Part shown: one piece after another, positions 1-11,917 of the stretch
Position numbering within the stretch: position 1 is the stretch's first letter
Layout of the letters: every line of letters begins with the position of its first letter
Source of the DNA: Tubulanus polymorphus
Taxonomy: Eukaryota > Animalia > Nemertea
Length of the DNA stretch: 64,000 bases
Reading direction: 5' to 3'
Assembly: GCF_964204645.1 (NCBI RefSeq)
Contig: NC_134031.1
Location: 19,413,910-19,477,909, forward strand
Made by a program: the position numbers and the translations under genes
The notes under the pieces: model-generated
Seen by the model: the letters and a program-made list of their open reading frames with translations, nothing else
What the model was told of the DNA's origin: nothing
Databases searched by the model: none

Positions 1-213
1 TAGAAGATGGAGTACATACCTGAGCATAGACATTCACAGGTGCGCTGTATAGAGTATGTATACTCTCTTAGTGAGGAGAGAGAGAGAGAGGGAGACGGAG
101 TCAGCATTCCACTCATTCAACCTGTCTACTATACCACTGCAGGGACCCGTTCTACAGACAAGTATTAACTCAAACCTTGGAGTAATCGTCAAATGATTAC
201 TCCAAGCTCAAAC

Positions 214-342
214 CAGGGTCCATTTTCACAAAAAGGATTAAGGCCTAAATCGATTTATTAAATGAATTTGATGAATTAAGATGAAATTGCATTAAGACAT
301 TATTTAAATCGATTTCAAACCGTTTTGTGAAACCGGGCACTG
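214..342. mobile_element. MITE-like element with imperfect terminal inverted repeats
   Basis: cagggtccattttcacaaaa ... ttttgtgaaaccgggcactg, bounded by CWG as in other elements of this window. Confidence 0.5.
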
Positions 343-695
343 TGAGTGATTCATGCGAGTCATGTGCTACTGAGTCTAGTTTCAGGGGAAAGGATTTGTT
401 CATTCATTCATTGATTCGATTTGGGAGTTAATACTTTTGTGCATCTGGACCCGGTTCCACGGTTGTTGGGTGAGTTTGATATCATCGGAAGTAAACTAAT
501 CTTAGCTCTTCCTCTCAAACTTTACCACGAACTGTGGAATAGGGCGGTTCCGGGCCGTTACTGTTTATCTGTTCGACTTAAGTTTGAACCGTTTTTTTTT
601 CGATTTATTTTTCAGTTAAATCTTCATGAACGAATGAGTGGATAGATAAATTTATACGACGGAATTCGTGCGTATTTCTGCGGAGTTGAAACGAC

Positions 696-3600
696 ATGGC
701 ATCCGAAAACAACGTCGTTGATACAAATACCGTCGACTTTCGTTTGATGCGAAAGTTTCTAATCGTCGGCGTCGAAGGCGGCACTTATTTCCCGGGTGAA
801 AAAGCGTTCGTTCGCGAGCACGCGGCTTGTTTCGATCGGTTGATCGCTGACCGACGCGGCGAGGAGGTCGTCGCAGAAATCGTACGTTGCGCTCGCGAGG
901 ACTCGGTCGTCGATCGTAAATCGTTGATATTCGCGTTGGCGTCGTGCGCTCGCAACGGCGTCGACCCGAAGACGAAATCTGCCGCGTATAAAGCGCTGCC
1001 GTTAATTTGTACGGACGCGAAGCAACTGTTCAGTTTTATCGATTATTGCGAAACGTTGAGCGGACCGACGAGCGGCTGGGGACGCGGACATCGTAACGCT
1101 ATCGGTAACTGGTATCATTCGTTCGCCGCTGAGGATTTAGCTCGAATCGTCACGAGGAATATCCAGTCAGGAGGATGGTCGCACGTCGACGTGCTGCGTT
1201 TGGCTCATGTTCATCCAAAAAATGATGGTAAGAGCAATGTATATATAGTGGAACCTCGTTACAACGATATTTAGGGGACCAGAAAATCCATATACCGGTA
1301 TATATCCAGTGTGAAATTATTGAAATTGCTCCATTTTGGAGAAAATTTGAGGTTTTAAGTAACCAGTAAATGGTTATTGGCCTACACTAAGTTGTTATAA
1401 TGAGGTACCATTGGAGTTTGTAGCGAGTCTGACAAAATATGAAAAGTGCTTACCTTTAGAAAACTAGGATTGGCTCTGATTAGTACTTGATTGTCAGGTA
1501 AAATCCTGTAAGGGCTGAAAAGTACTTACTTTTTGAACTCAATGTTATCACAGGAAATTTCTATCGACAAATTCTAATGCAGTCTGTCGTCTTTATGTAC
1601 AAATTCAACTGGGCTAATTATTGTTTTAGAAAAAATTTCGGTTACTTGTCTTTGGCTTCAGGAAATGTGCAGACTTCTGACTTTAAAACCCATGGATACG
1701 TAACGTTGAACACCAAGACATAAATAATATGTTATGATGGGTACTATGGGAGCTTAGAGAAATTTGCAGTCAGCGTCTTTAAGATAGAAGTCACTTGTTT
1801 ATGTGAAAGGGTCAGTAGCCGAGTGGTTCAAGCCGTCAGTTTTTACTTGTTCGAAGGATCTTCTTTGGTCTCTCTTCCACAAAGGAGAAAAACCTTGAAC
1901 CTGCTTACCCCGAGTGGCTCAGTTGAGGGATGTACCATTGGCTGGTCATTAAATTTGTCGAAGATGTCTCGCCATTGAATTGAACGTTGATTTATGAAGC
2001 GAAACTTAACTCATTCCGCAGTCATGTGTTACTTTTTGGGAAGTGAATTCACTTGAAGATGTGTAATGAATCTCGGCTAGTTTGCATAGTTACACAAAAT
2101 GTATTACACAGGCTTCCAATACAGACATCTAAGAATACTTTCTCCCACTTCAGTAGACTGTTACTCGCGCTATACCAGTAGGCCTACCGTTCTGTGTAAA
2201 CGCAGACACAATTCTGAATCATATTGTGGGAATTCCAACAATTCTTAGACTTTCTTACGCTGACACATTAGAACTTTCATGCCTTTACTTACAAGTAAAA
2301 ACAGTTGCATTCATAATAAGATAAAAACCCAAAGAATTTGAAAACAAGAATTTATTTATTCAATCTAAAATATATATAAGACACGACGTTTCGATCTCAC
2401 CCTAGAGATCATCGTCAGGTGTGATGACGATGATCTCTAGGGTGAGATCGAAACGTCGTGTCTTATATGTATTTTAGATTGAATAAATAAATTCTTGTTT
2501 TTAAATTCTTTTAATCTGTAGATAGTGGGTTTTTATCTCATTATCCGTTCACCACGTTTGAGTGTAGTTATCGTTCCAGTTGCATTCATAATCTATTTAA
2601 ATCGTTAAGCTCTTGATGATCCAGGTCAAAGGAACCCTATGCTGCAATTCTAGCAGACCTCAGAATCTTTTGATAAAATGCTTAGCCATTCGAAGTGGAT
2701 GGGCGAGGAGAAATTCAACATAGATTTTTTCAGATCAAACTGAATCTTGCAATGTGAAATGGTTATGGGCTTAAATGTTTTAGGCCGATGTTTAAAAGAA
2801 AGGAAAGAGCTTCCGAGAAATGCATTTTTATGAGCGGCTACTGATTCTTTTCTACGAAAAAATCAACGATGTAATGAATTATGAATAGAAGATAATATTG
2901 GATTCTAATGTTGATGATGTCTGCTCGGTGTATTTTTGATAGCTCATCTGTCTGGAGTTCACTAACGTAATTCACTTCACTTCATTCTCGTAGCTGCTGC
3001 TACTGCTGCTGATGCTTGTTGAAATAACTTGTTGAACGACGCTTTAATTTCAATCAGGTGCAGCTTCATCCTTCTCTTCTGATCATAGTTCATCTTAAAC
3101 CTAGCACTTTTATTGATGTTTGTCTCACATCACCTGGAGTCAGTTGCACAGTCAAGACTAAGATTTAAGACCAGTCTAAGACCATATTAGTTCTATTGCC
3201 AATCCCCCATGATATGAGACTATTTTTTGATTAAGTCACCTCGTACTTACTTTTTCCCTTCACTCTTCGTAGAGGCTAGGAACGGCCGCTCGCCATTTTC
3301 TCATGTCATTCTCTTTAGCTGATTCCATGAGTAGCCCATATCCTTCTGGTCACTAACAACCTCTGTGTAACCAGGTATAATAGTACTTAGCCCTGGATTT
3401 CACAGTGTAGAAGGCATAGTTCATTCTGATCTTGATCATTGATGATGTACCGGGGACGATGGCTAGATTCTAGATTAATTCTGATCCTATGAAAAAGATA
3501 GTGTCCAACAACTCTTGGAACTCGTAATGTTTAAACAACAGTTCTTTTATTCTATCAACTGCTTATTGTTGTTTTTTAGCTATTGGACTTGTTCTGATGT

Positions 3601-6600
3601 ATATCGTACGCGGCTACAATGTTGTGAAGAAGCTCATTGAATCCGATGGTCTGTCCAGCGATTTAGACGCCCTTACTAAGTTTCTTACTGACGTCCACAC
3701 TTTAAAACACTCCCACGATGAACACCAGGTGGCATGTTTAATCACCGAACATAAATTTTCTCTGGAATTTATTCCAACGTGGATGAGCAGATCAAAAGAG
3801 GTATGTTGTGACAGCGTTCTCCAGTAGGGGGTTTGAAGGGGTGGCCTTTCTGATGAAAATCAGCCACCCCGTTTGAATATCTGAATATTCAGTTGATTTC
3901 AGTATTCCATGCCGATGGTCTTACTGTGCTTACTACGATTATTGTAAAATGGCGGGTTATAGTGTGAAAAATAGCAGATTAAGCGTTACTTTCAGTCTGA
4001 TGCGTTGTTCTATGACCCAATGTCTCCGTCATTGGGAAATCCATTACTATTCATGAATTCATCGTAAAGAGCTTGTATAATTCTGTGAATATCTGATAAC
4101 TTAAGATAAACATAAACTAAGATGTTAGTACATGCGAGCTACAGGACTGAATGGTGTGAAGAAATAGTATTCAATGATACGTTACTTATTTTGCTTTAAA
4201 GGTTTGGTTATCATTGATACGTATAATGCCTATTTCGGATATGGTTCGTCTGCTTGGAAGAATGTCTTCTATCGGTTTACTGGAACCATTGAGTGATGCG
4301 TCGAAAGCAGTTATTGAACGACTTAAAGATGAAAATGCGATACAACGAGAAAAGTAAGTCGATGACTGATGACACGGAGGTTCTGACCGATCAAGGAAAA
4401 TCAGGGAATTCTGACCTCTTTTTCTTGATTTTGCTGTTGACAAGTGGCACTAGGAACCTTTTGATCAGAAACAGCCCCCACTGAGGATACTTTAATCAGG
4501 AAATTGTCTGAGTTTTTAGAAGTTGCTTTTTTACCGATAAACCCGACAAGAATCTATTTCATTTGAATAATTACTCATTTCAGACTTCAGCCTTTCGATT
4601 TGCTGATTGCAATGAAAACTTATGAAAGCGGAAAAGGTGATAAAGGAAGAATGAAATGGGCGCCGAACTGCAACGTCCTAGATGCGGTTACTAAAGCATT
4701 CTATAATTCAATCAAGGTCAGTCATACTGCGGCTCATTTATGATTTATACAATTTCATTTGTGGAAAGGAAATTAATAATTTATTGTTGTTGTTGGTGCG
4801 ACGACATCTAAGGTGTGATTATGGTGGAAGGATGTGTATAGACTCATCGTTTTTCTCATACATTCAGTCATTATTCTCCGGGCCTGGTGCGACGTAAGAA
4901 CCCTCCCTTGCACCTCCCTTTCCCTAACATTGCTACCTGATACTGGGCCTGACAGTTAGACTGCTGATTGGCTTGGATTATCGCGTAACCTGCACAAAAT
5001 ATGAAGAATTTCCTCACGTGCATTAGAGTAGCCTACTCGAATTCATGCAGTGATGACCCATCATTGCTCCAACTGCCCCAGAATTTGCTTGTAGCCTTGG
5101 AGAAAATGATTGGTTCCACTAGATCCGAGGCAAGCCTGAAAAACGAAACCACGTATAAAAAGTCTAAAATTGAAAAGTTTATGGAAATTATGATATTTTG
5201 CTTTTTGTAGTATTGAAATCAAAAATAAGTTTGAGTTGTTTGTTTTTGTTGTGCAGGTTTTAAAGCCAACGAACCAGCGATATTTACTAGCAGTTGATGT
5301 GAGCGGTTCGATGGCGTACGGAAGTGTAAACGGATGTCACGCTCTGTCTCCAGCGGTTACCGCCGCAGCATTATCTATGACCATCGCTCGCACGGAGAAA
5401 GACTATCAGATGGTTGCATTTTCCACCGGTAAACTAAAGGTTTTATGTATTCTATGGCAACAGAGTCTTCTTAGTTAAACAAATTGACACATTGAAGAGA
5501 ATTGTAAGAAGTTAAGCTCATTGTTGATACGGCAGTAAACCTTGCCTAATTCAGCTCCTGTTTTGTTTGTCTGCATTAGGTGAGGCTTTACTGCCAAAAC
5601 CTTTTAACAAAAATACAATTTTTTTAAACGCGTTGTTTTAGGAATCACTCCTGTGAAATTGACTCCTGAAATGGATCTTCTTGACGTTTGTAAAGAAATA
5701 GCTGAGGTATGACATCGTTATAGTAGTTATCAGCGTTCTGCCCGACCCCGCCTCCCCCTATGCACCAGCGAGTTTCTCTAACTTAATCAGGGCTGGTTTT
5801 CATAGATGTGGAAGAAAAATAGTCTCTGGGAACATTTTTAAATTTGTCGGTTATTACCATGGTTTCTCATTGTAACTACGGTGGTTGTTACCCAGATTGA
5901 GGATTTATCCCTAGGGATAACTTTGATACTCAGTCTATGAAACCAGGCCCTGGTGTATAGTTAGTTTAATCAATCTATTAAATGATTAGGAGCCTCTGAT
6001 TCTCTGATACACAACTCTTACACTAGATATATTAGATGTTAATCTCTCTGCAGATACCGACTGGTGGTACGGATTGTGCTTTGCCGATATTGTGGGCGAT
6101 GGAGCAGAAGAAATCGGTCGATGTGTTTATAGTGCTCACTGATTGTGAAACGTTAGCTGGACAAATTCATCCCGTTCAAGCTTTACAACAATACAGACAC
6201 ATTCTCAATATCCAGAATTCCAAGTAAGCATTCAATCGCAGAACATGTTATGAGCGACAATCGGTAGAATTAATTCCTGTTGAACAACAGCTCATTGATT
6301 ACTGTATTTGTCCACTAGGGGGTGTTGAATATTGAAATTGTCAGTTTGTCAAGCATTTTTCATCCAAGTTGGCATGGTAGACTCTTAGTTCTACTAATTT
6401 ACTGACTGGAAAACTGGGAATCAGAAAAATCTAGAAGAAATCAAGGAAAACTGGTGGAATTTTATGAATTTTGCATGGACACCTTGAAAACTGAGAAAAT
6501 TTGGATATGCTGGATTCATAAGCAATGATTGAATAAATCGTAACATTTTAAACCAAGAAATTCCTCGCATTCGCGTAGGGAATTTTGTGTAATCACATAG

Positions 6601-6814
6601 AAAAATCTGGGAGAAGTCGAGGGAATTGTTAATAGGTGAAAATCGACCGCCCCTTTATTACTAGTGACATTTATTTTGCAGGCTGATTATCTGCGCTTTG
6701 ACGAGTGGTGGATTTACTATAGCGGACCCTATGGACCATGGCATGTTAGACGTAGCTGGCTTCGACATTGGGGCCGCGAAAGTTATACGCAGTTTCATCG
6801 AAAGAAATCACTAG
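696..6814 (+). CDS. RO60: Ro60 (TROVE + vWA domain RNA-binding protein), 8 coding exons
   Basis: Phase-consistent GT-AG exons 696-1227, 3580-3800, 4202-4353, 4584-4716, 5257-5428, 5642-5706, 6054-6223, 6682-6814 (TAG). Ro60 motifs: [108 protein letters not shown]. Confidence 0.96.
1244..1413. mobile_element. Degenerate pogo/Tigger-like MITE in RO60 intron 1
   Basis: tatagtggaacctcgttacaac ... gttataatgaggtaccattg imperfect inverted ends. Confidence 0.4.
2341..2500. mobile_element. Palindromic Penelope-like element pLTR remnant
   Basis: ~76-bp arms (2341-2416 / ~2425-2500) that are near-perfect reverse complements; looser inverted match extends to ~2315 and ~2545; contains CTGACGA...GAAACGTC motif. 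Confidence 0.65.
2381..2422 (-). ncRNA. Minimal type I hammerhead ribozyme motif
   Basis: Minus strand reads ACAC-CUGACGA-U-GAUCUC-UAGGGU-GAGAUC-GAAAC-GUC-GUGU: stem I ACAC/GUGU, CUGANGA core, 6-bp stem II, GAAA, GUC cleavage triplet. Confidence 0.65.
3134..3240. mobile_element. Partial copy of the MITE family seen at 58632-58775
   Basis: Shares gttgcacagtc...ttaagaccagtctaagacca...ttagttctat with 58632-58775; a more decayed copy lies near 17815-17940. Confidence 0.6.
5788..5952. mobile_element. MITE with terminal inverted repeats in RO60 intron 6
   Basis: cagggctggttttcataga ... tctatgaaaccaggccctg. Confidence 0.55.
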
Positions 6815-6965
6815 AATTCAATCATCCGCGGTCGGCCACTGTGATCAATAACATTCCTGACGACAGTGTGTTTTCAGTGTTTCTATTGTCGAACACAACG
6901 ACATTAAACTAGACCTGTTCTAATCTGGGCCGGTTCTACAGTTCGGTGTCAAATATGACTCTGCT

Positions 6966-7329
6966 CAGGGTCCCTACGACTCCTTGATTCCTTAAACACT
7001 CCTTCCTTAACAGAAAATGCTTTTGAAGGTGCTTGAGGTCCTTTGATTCGAGCAAAATGCCCGAAACTCCTTAAATTTTGTGAAATACGTAATTAGAAAT
7101 GTTTTTAGTTGTACAGATCATTACACCGGCCTCAATCAGTACATTTGGGACCAGGATTTGTTTTTACCCAATTAGGCAGTTACCAAATTAGAAACCAAGT
7201 TTAGTTAGTTTAAAGGATTTAAATGTGCTTGCAAAACCACTGAATTAGTGGTTTAACTTCCTCTAAATTGGAAATTTTCTCCTTTAAAACTCCTTGTATT
7301 CATGGAATTACCGATCTGTAGGGACCCTG
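6966..7329. mobile_element. Non-autonomous DNA transposon downstream of the RO60 stop codon
   Basis: Perfect 12-bp TIR cagggtccctac / gtagggaccctg; internal actcctt repeats. Confidence 0.6.
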
Positions 7330-7950
7330 AATTTGTATAGTTTGATAATTTCACTGATTCTGTACTCGGTATCTATAAAACTGTCAAAAAGGTGAAATAT
7401 TTACAGTTTCATTGCTACCGAGTTCGGCATATCTAGTTTACTATAGAACTTGTTAGTCAAATTCTAAACACACAACACTATGGAACCGTGTACTGGTGTG
7501 TTCTATGTTCTCTGATTTGACGAAGAACAGCTATTATACTGGCCTTTTTAACCAGCATGTATAGCAGGACCTGGTAAATTACGACTTTTTCGAATAAACT
7601 TTAAAAGAAAAATTGAAATGGAATTCTTGTAGCACCTAGCCCGTGATACATGGTTGTATAAAAGTTTATAAATCTCAATTATGGAGATAAGTTTTGAGAT
7701 GAGTTTTTGATTTTCATTGAAGACTAAATGTTCCTTTTGTTGCTAATAACAGTAGGGGATCATATTACATGGATGTGTAGTTATGAATCTCGGCTTGTAT
7801 GGGGAAGGAGGTGGGAGGTATTGAGCCGGGGGGGGGGGGGGGTATTATACCTCGAGGAACAGATGTAGATCGTGATTACAGAGCGTTGTCAATCTCGAGT
7901 CTCACAGCTGTTAGTTCTATAGTCTCTACCAAAATAGAGAAATCCCGTTA

Positions 7951-8078
7951 CCGTAAACCTCACTTAACTCGGGACAAAAACTGGCATCGGCAAAATTAGC
8001 GAGTTTAAACATCGGCGATATAAGATATGAAATTAGAAAATGATTTTTGTCCGTGTTACGTGGGCGAGAGGTTTACAG
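7951..8078. mobile_element. pogo/Tigger-like MITE flanked by TA
   Basis: ta|ccgtaaacctc ... gaggtttacag|ta, plus internal inverted ggacaaaaa/tttttgtcc. Confidence 0.55.
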
Positions 8079-8447
8079 TATATATGTATATTCCTCGGGG
8101 AAAATTACGTCTTTGTCCTTGGCAACTTTTCGTGTTTTGAGTTGAGTCTTTCGAGGTTGTCTGTTGATTTATCCGATAACGACTGTTCAGCCTTTTATGG
8201 GCTGTAATATCGGTACGGAACATCTGATGATAAGGCGATCAGGTTGCTCGGGGCGTGAATGCTAAGTTTTAAAGATAGTGTGTTGATACTAGTCGGCGTT
8301 TAGTAAAACGTTTCAATTTTATCCGAAAAAAATGCATTAATTTATTGAGTCTTTGTTCTTTTTCTATTTTTTATACACCGTCAACATTTATTGCCGTATT
8401 AAAACTCGATATATTCGATGAAAAATCGTTCATTATTTACAGAGTAC

Positions 8448-9227
8448 ATGTATGTATACGGACTACCAGGATTGCTTTTAGTGAGCTTTACGCTGTACCT
8501 TAGGTTTGCAGCGGCGCATTTTCCACGAATTTTCGAAAAATGTAAATCTAGATTTGTCCAAATTCGTCGCTTCGACCAATATTTGTGCCATCATCAGTTA
8601 ACAAAATTATGTCATCAATCGTGAAAATAGGGATGATTGGCCCTTTAATTTATTACATTGATTTTAATTTGATTGGATGCTTATTTGGCGCGCCTTACGA
8701 ACCCGCTAGACCTACCGGGAACTAAACGTTGGGTTTGATATTAGAAATCGGAAATCGAGGTACAGTTGGTCGATAGGTCAAATTAACCGAATCTGTCCGT
8801 GATAATCTTGGTGGAATGGAGTGAATAGATTTGTTATTTTCGCTGTATTCGTGGCGTGATATTTTCGCTGTATTCGTGGCGTGTTTGAAATAATCAGTAG
8901 TTTGTCTCGGATTGTCATAGCGTGTAGTGTATATAGAATACATATGACCGCTTCCTCTCGTCGGCTGTTATAAACCGTCGTCTAACAAATATTCATAGAA
9001 TGAATTCAAACGATACAGAATATTATATTCTATGAATCTTTGCCAGTACGATATATATTCATTCATGCTTTGTACAAATCTATATACATATAATATATCA
9101 AACTAAATTTAAGAAAAATAAATATTTACAAGCACATTTGACAGTGAAAGTCTTTTCTTCGAGTGGTTTTTTGTTTTTAGAATGGAGGACCGAGGTTTAC
9201 ATCGTGGGCGACGAGTCTGAACGAAAG
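8448..9227 (+). CDS. Possible first two exons (signal peptide) of the ionotropic receptor gene
   Basis: 8448-8541 encodes hydrophobic MYVYGLPGLLLVSFTLYLRFAAA then gtaaat; joins in phase to 9145-9227; connection to the 11.9-kb exon not resolved. Confidence 0.35.
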
Positions 9228-10979
9228 GTAGCCACGCTGAAGGAAGTGGGTTCACCATCTCGGTTGGATTCGCCAAGAAAACACCCGAAGCCTTCAGTTC
9301 CAACCAAGTTCAACCCATCCGCATATTTCTCCGACTCACGGGTTTGTTCTGAGAGGATGATAATTATTGTCAAATTTGCCGGTTGACAAAACGGGCACCC
9401 GCCAATGAGACCCACAATTAGATTTAGAAGTGAAGCCCGCAAGATCTATCCATTTCTCTAATACTCCTAACAAGGGAACCCATTCATCGTCGGTGACTAT
9501 CCCTCCATCAGGCCCGTGCGGTTTCAAAATTCCGGGTTAAGATTGGTTATCGAAAAAAATCATATTCAATATCTGTATTTTCAATAGGAAAGTGCCCTTT
9601 TTCTTGAAATTGAACTGCCACTCAACAAAGTTCAGCGCGGGCCTATGCATCCCGTTTTGATCCATATATCCCGTTTTTCTATGTGGCCTTTTCCTGCGAC
9701 GGAAATTCACGTGACGTGTCATATTTAATGCGGAGTCGTCAATTAGCGCGCAGTGCGCGTGGTCGCACGTATTTACACAATCCATGGACTCTGTGAAAGA
9801 GACAGAGAGAGAGTTACAGTGACGAGTAAACCACATAAATTTACCGCCAACAGTTTCACGTTTTATTACAGATGACGCGTTGTAGCCGGCAATGGAAACA
9901 GATCAGACGTTTGAATGATAATAATAACCAATCCGGCCATACTAACCATCCGGTACGTGTCATAGCAACTGGCAGCAATATATTCACCGAACCGGTAACA
10001 CGTTTATGTTTCATTGAAATCAGTCCCTGGTGTCAGCCGTGGCACGCGAGTACACTCGGCACAGATTTTCCGCAATATTAATCAAGTCCATCATCGCGGT
10101 TGATTAGATTAACAATTCTGAACTTTTGACTCAGTTTGATGCCGAGTATTATGAATACATTTCTCAAGTTGGACTGTATCTACGTTTTGGTCCCTCGTAT
10201 TTTGTAACTTCGCCCCCAACGATTTCGGATATTTCGATCGTTTGTTGAATTCAGACCCAGTTCAAGGAGGATATTTCTTATTCTATATGGTTGAGTGGAC
10301 AGGCCGGTGGATCGGGAAGCGCGGACATCATGTGGAATCCGTATTTGGTAACTTTGTTTCTGATAGTCAGCGCCAGTCGCAGTCAACAAGGTGTTTGTGC
10401 AGTTCGTAATAATTCGGCATTTAACGTTTTCCTTGGTAAGTGTGAATTCAGGCAAGAATCGATATAACCGGCATCTCGCGTTTCAAACTCGCTGTTAATT
10501 TTGCGGTTAATTAAATTCTTTTCAGCAATTGACTCGAAAATAAATAAAGAGTTCTTATACAGTCACAGTTCATTAATACTACTGCTCTCTTGATAACGCC
10601 AGAGAACAAACTCGATCAATTTAACTCAAACTCATAAAAATAAACTCGAAAATACCATTATTCAAAACGCCATATTTTTGTCGGTCGCAACAGCGGCTTT
10701 ATAAAAGGACTCTTACTGTATTAGCGTATATATCAGAGATTAAAACACAAGGCTATCGTACCCAGTTCAACTAGAAAACGATATTACAGTTACACGTCCA
10801 GTCTGATCAATTGTTTTTATCCAAGGCATTTCCTCTTCCTTAAATCGCATTGTGGTGACTTCTAAAATCATGAAATCGACATAACATATCCATACATCAA
10901 AATCAGCAGATGTCGAACAATTGCGAACATAATCTATTGTATATCTAGCAATTCTAAATTAACTGGAATTTAAATTTGT

Positions 10980-10982
<3 letters not shown>

Positions 10983-11030
<48 letters not shown>
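10983..11030. repeat. (TA)n microsatellite
   Basis: ~24 uninterrupted TA units. Confidence 0.95.
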
Positions 11031-11031
<1 letters not shown>

Positions 11032-11917
11032 CATCAAAGAGCTCTGAATATGTATTACTGAGTCGAATACCAGCCGCTGTTGCGTCAGGTGTCGACTTTA
11101 CAAAACCGGAGTTTTCGTATAAACGCCAAAATATTCTGGTCATACTTTTGAATTAAGGTTCTATTTACCTAAACACGGCAACCGTACTTGAATTTTGTTC
11201 GACTCATCAGTAAAAAGAGTCTTTTCGCCGGACCGAATTAGAATGTTATCATACTGGTTAGAAAATCGTGCCGTGTGATCTGCGACCGGACGCCGTTGAT
11301 TAATTCATTTCCACAATTAGCATCAAAAATTCATAAATACATGATTAATAGTGGGTATTGATGGCGCGGGATGAGATCAGATAAAACGGGTCCTGTCGCG
11401 TTCATCCAATGTATTCACATCACTAATGAACGCTTGCTATAGTTGGAAATCATTCATTACAGGACCGATTTCATACTCAGGGGACCTATTTGATAATAAA
11501 TCACTGATTTGTTGCTATAGGTTGTATCGTTAACTACGGGTCGCGGGATAACGGGACCAGCGTAGAATGCATTTTACGGAACGACTTAATATTCGATTAA
11601 TGTACCATTAATGTTGTAACCATGACTAATTATAAATAATCTTCGAAACGGCCCCTTGTTCCGTAGATGCGGGTTTGATTTGACTATCGTGTGTAATCTT
11701 TTAAATCTCTACTGCGGAAGTGGTCACCTTGACCTTTTTCAACTGAAACGTTCGGTTTGACCGAATTATGCCGAGGTACGACCATCGACTTCGGAAATGT
11801 TCGGAAAACGCCTGTTCATCTAATAAAGACAAATTTAACGGGCATTTTTCTTGCAACGAGATAGATTCCTTTTTCGATTACGGCGTTGACCACCTTTGGA
11901 TAAACATCTCTAAACAG

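Noticed and set aside
1-8000. Y RNA gene next to RO60, as in bacterial ro/yrn loci
   Set aside because: GGCTGGTC occurs near 1940, but I see no complementary 3' stem or Pol III terminator at a suitable distance.
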